Positions 62,093-64,000 of a stretch of DNA of 64,000 nucleotides are shown here, in pieces. The DNA is taken from positions 2,604,001-2,668,000 of the forward strand of contig CM119380.1 in NCBI GenBank assembly GCA_051294905.1, written 5' to 3'. A model generated the notes under the pieces. That model was not told where the DNA came from. It did no database searches and worked only from the letters and a program-made list of their open reading frames with translations. This DNA is from Botryllus schlosseri (Eukaryota). The position numbers and the translations under genes are program-made. The first letter of the stretch is position 1; every line of letters begins with the position of its first letter.

Positions 62093-63229
62093 CAGGGGCG
62101 GGCAACTTCTCCAGTCGGCGGGCCGGATATAGGAAAATTAAATACTTGGCGGGCCGGATTGCTGAATCGAAACAATATTCGCCCATTTATCCACATACAC
62201 AAGGAATAAACCGTATTTAATGAATGTATTTTAATAGTGACGGATGTATTTTAATAGTGACGAAGACAATGTGGTGGTTTTTTTCTCTCTGATCGATCAA
62301 CACGATTCCATCCCTAATTAAGATTTGAAGGCGTTCGATGAGCCCGGTATCAAAAATTCACCAAGATATCTCTTCATTAGAATTTAGTACAGGGGTTGCC
62401 AACCTTTTTGCCATTCATGGCCGCATTTCGACTACTCATGTAGCCTACGGCCGCATTCCAGGCATAGTCATAATGAACTATCTGGACGCCAAATACACAT
62501 GCTAAAGTGTCCATTGAAGCGAGAGCTCCGTTTATTGCGAGCGAAGTTAGTAACTGGCCAGTAAACGCATCAACATGCATGCATTGAAAAGCGACGCGCA
62601 AACATTCACAAATTGGCAATCAAATAATCAGACGATTGACGAGCGTGCCTTGTAGAGTCGCTACACCATCCCCCTCCAGCGGCGGGGATCCTCAGGAACC
62701 GTAGCGAGATGGAGGATGCCTGTTGCGTTACGATCTTCTTGCATTTTGAAAATCGCGCGGTTGCTCGATCTCACTTGGTTGCCGCGGTGGTCTGCCCCGT
62801 TTTGCAGGTTGTGCTACTTCCACTGGTTCGTTTAGATCAGTGGTTCTTAACCTTTTTTCCTCCAGCGCCCCCTTTCAAAAATTATCGTGCTCCAGCGCCC
62901 CCCAAACTTCATAATGTAAGGAATGTAATAAAGACAATGAGTAAGAGGGAGGGCCGTAACAGCACTTCGTCAACCCCCTAAAAACGATTGCCTTGCGCAC
63001 CCACGCCCTTCGCCCCCACGAACCCCCTATCGTGATTTCGATGGTCAGCAAAGTTTGTGTGGCCTGGTCACCCTAGGTACCAAAATTTTCTATAATGCAT
63101 GAATGAATAGGTGGCAATTACATATATACGTCGCGATAAACTGAGTGAGCTGTTGTATGGGAAGATAAAGGGCATGTAATTAATAATCAAACATATTCGG
63201 GCGTGCCCGCAGGCACAATTATTCGTCAC
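62093..63229. mobile_element. Series of hAT-like left termini with no right end in the window
   Basis: CAGGGGCGGGCAAC (62093), CAGGGGTTGCCAAC (62390), CAGTGGTTCTTAACC (62838), AGGGCCGTAAC (62950). Confidence 0.5.
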
Positions 63230-64000
63230 CAGGGCCGTTACAGCACTTCGCCAGCCCCCCCCCCCAAACAAAGAACGTTGGTCCTGGACGTCCATCGGGT
63301 GATTAACCAAGCTTCCGGGGGACTTCACTCCCAGACCCCCATTAGGCTGTCCTCTATTTGCTGAAAGCCTGTTAGGTATCTACATTGGGTGTCCATTCAC
63401 TGAGGCAGCTACTGTCGCCTAGTCGCGCGAAGCGCGAAAAATTTCACTAATTAATGATTAAATTGGTCAATATCATCGGAAATTGCATGTAAATTGAGAA
63501 TAATTTTTATCCTCTCTCTGCTCACGTAAACACATTTACCGGTAGAGCTGAGGGAGGTGCAATGTTCCCTCTAAGCTGCGCACGTGCGCAGTGCTGACAC
63601 GGTCTCTGCGCACAGAAAATCTACGTTGCGCACAACAAATCCGAAGTTATTACCGTTTTTTAGTCGATACGCACTGTTGTCCACGGGTCAGGGCAGTGAG
63701 TTGTTGAGTGTGCGCAGACTCATCAAAACTTGAAGCGAACATTGTGAGGTTTCTTGGAAACTGTAGGGCCCGTTACTAATAATTAAACATATTCGGGCGG
63801 GCGAACCCGTTGGTATGACTTCGTTGCATGATGTTATTTCGTGACCCCCTGTCTGCAATATCAAAAAATATAGAATCACTCAATGGGGATATCGCCCAAC
63901 AGGAATATCCCTGTCGCCCAATCGTACTAAACTAAAAGACGCACACGATTTCAGATTGGTATTTCTTCACTGACATATAATTTTTCCCTGCCAGATGGAA
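63230..64000. mobile_element. CAGGGCCGT-family MITE, truncated by the window end
   Basis: Colinear with 1549-1980. Confidence 0.75.
63560..63744. mobile_element. 185-bp hAT-like MITE inserted in the preceding element
   Basis: TIR CAATGTTC / GAACATTG; absent from the homologous site at ~1765; degenerate TSD. Confidence 0.6.

Overview
AT-rich eukaryotic DNA (invertebrate-like, judged from short GT-AG introns and TE types) made almost entirely of nested transposable elements. I found no intact host gene, rRNA, tRNA gene or CRISPR array. Near-intact elements: (i) a Ty3/Gypsy LTR retrotransposon at 47129-51899 with two 197-bp LTRs identical by eye, a GTATG TSD, a tRNA-Ser PBS and one gag-pol ORF; (ii) a CR1/L2-group LINE at 57524-61694 inserted in a ~194-bp tandem array, with one frameshift in ORF2; (iii) a 3.2-kb Kolobok-type DNA transposon at 7509-10699 with a 592-codon transposase ORF. 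Target-site duplications allow a multi-layer nest to be unpicked at 1-13.7 kb (Gypsy > AT-TSD ISL2EU-like element > LINE > hAT and Kolobok) and at 18.7-40 kb. The most unusual items are a 3.4-kb foldback element (19934-23306) carrying a spliced, decayed Ulp1-like-protease/PHD gene not visible in the ORF track, and the 9.7-kb TTAA-flanked element around it (19539-29262), which carries a spliced THAP gene converging on a C2H2-finger ORF. All family assignments come from motif recognition by eye; no searches were run.
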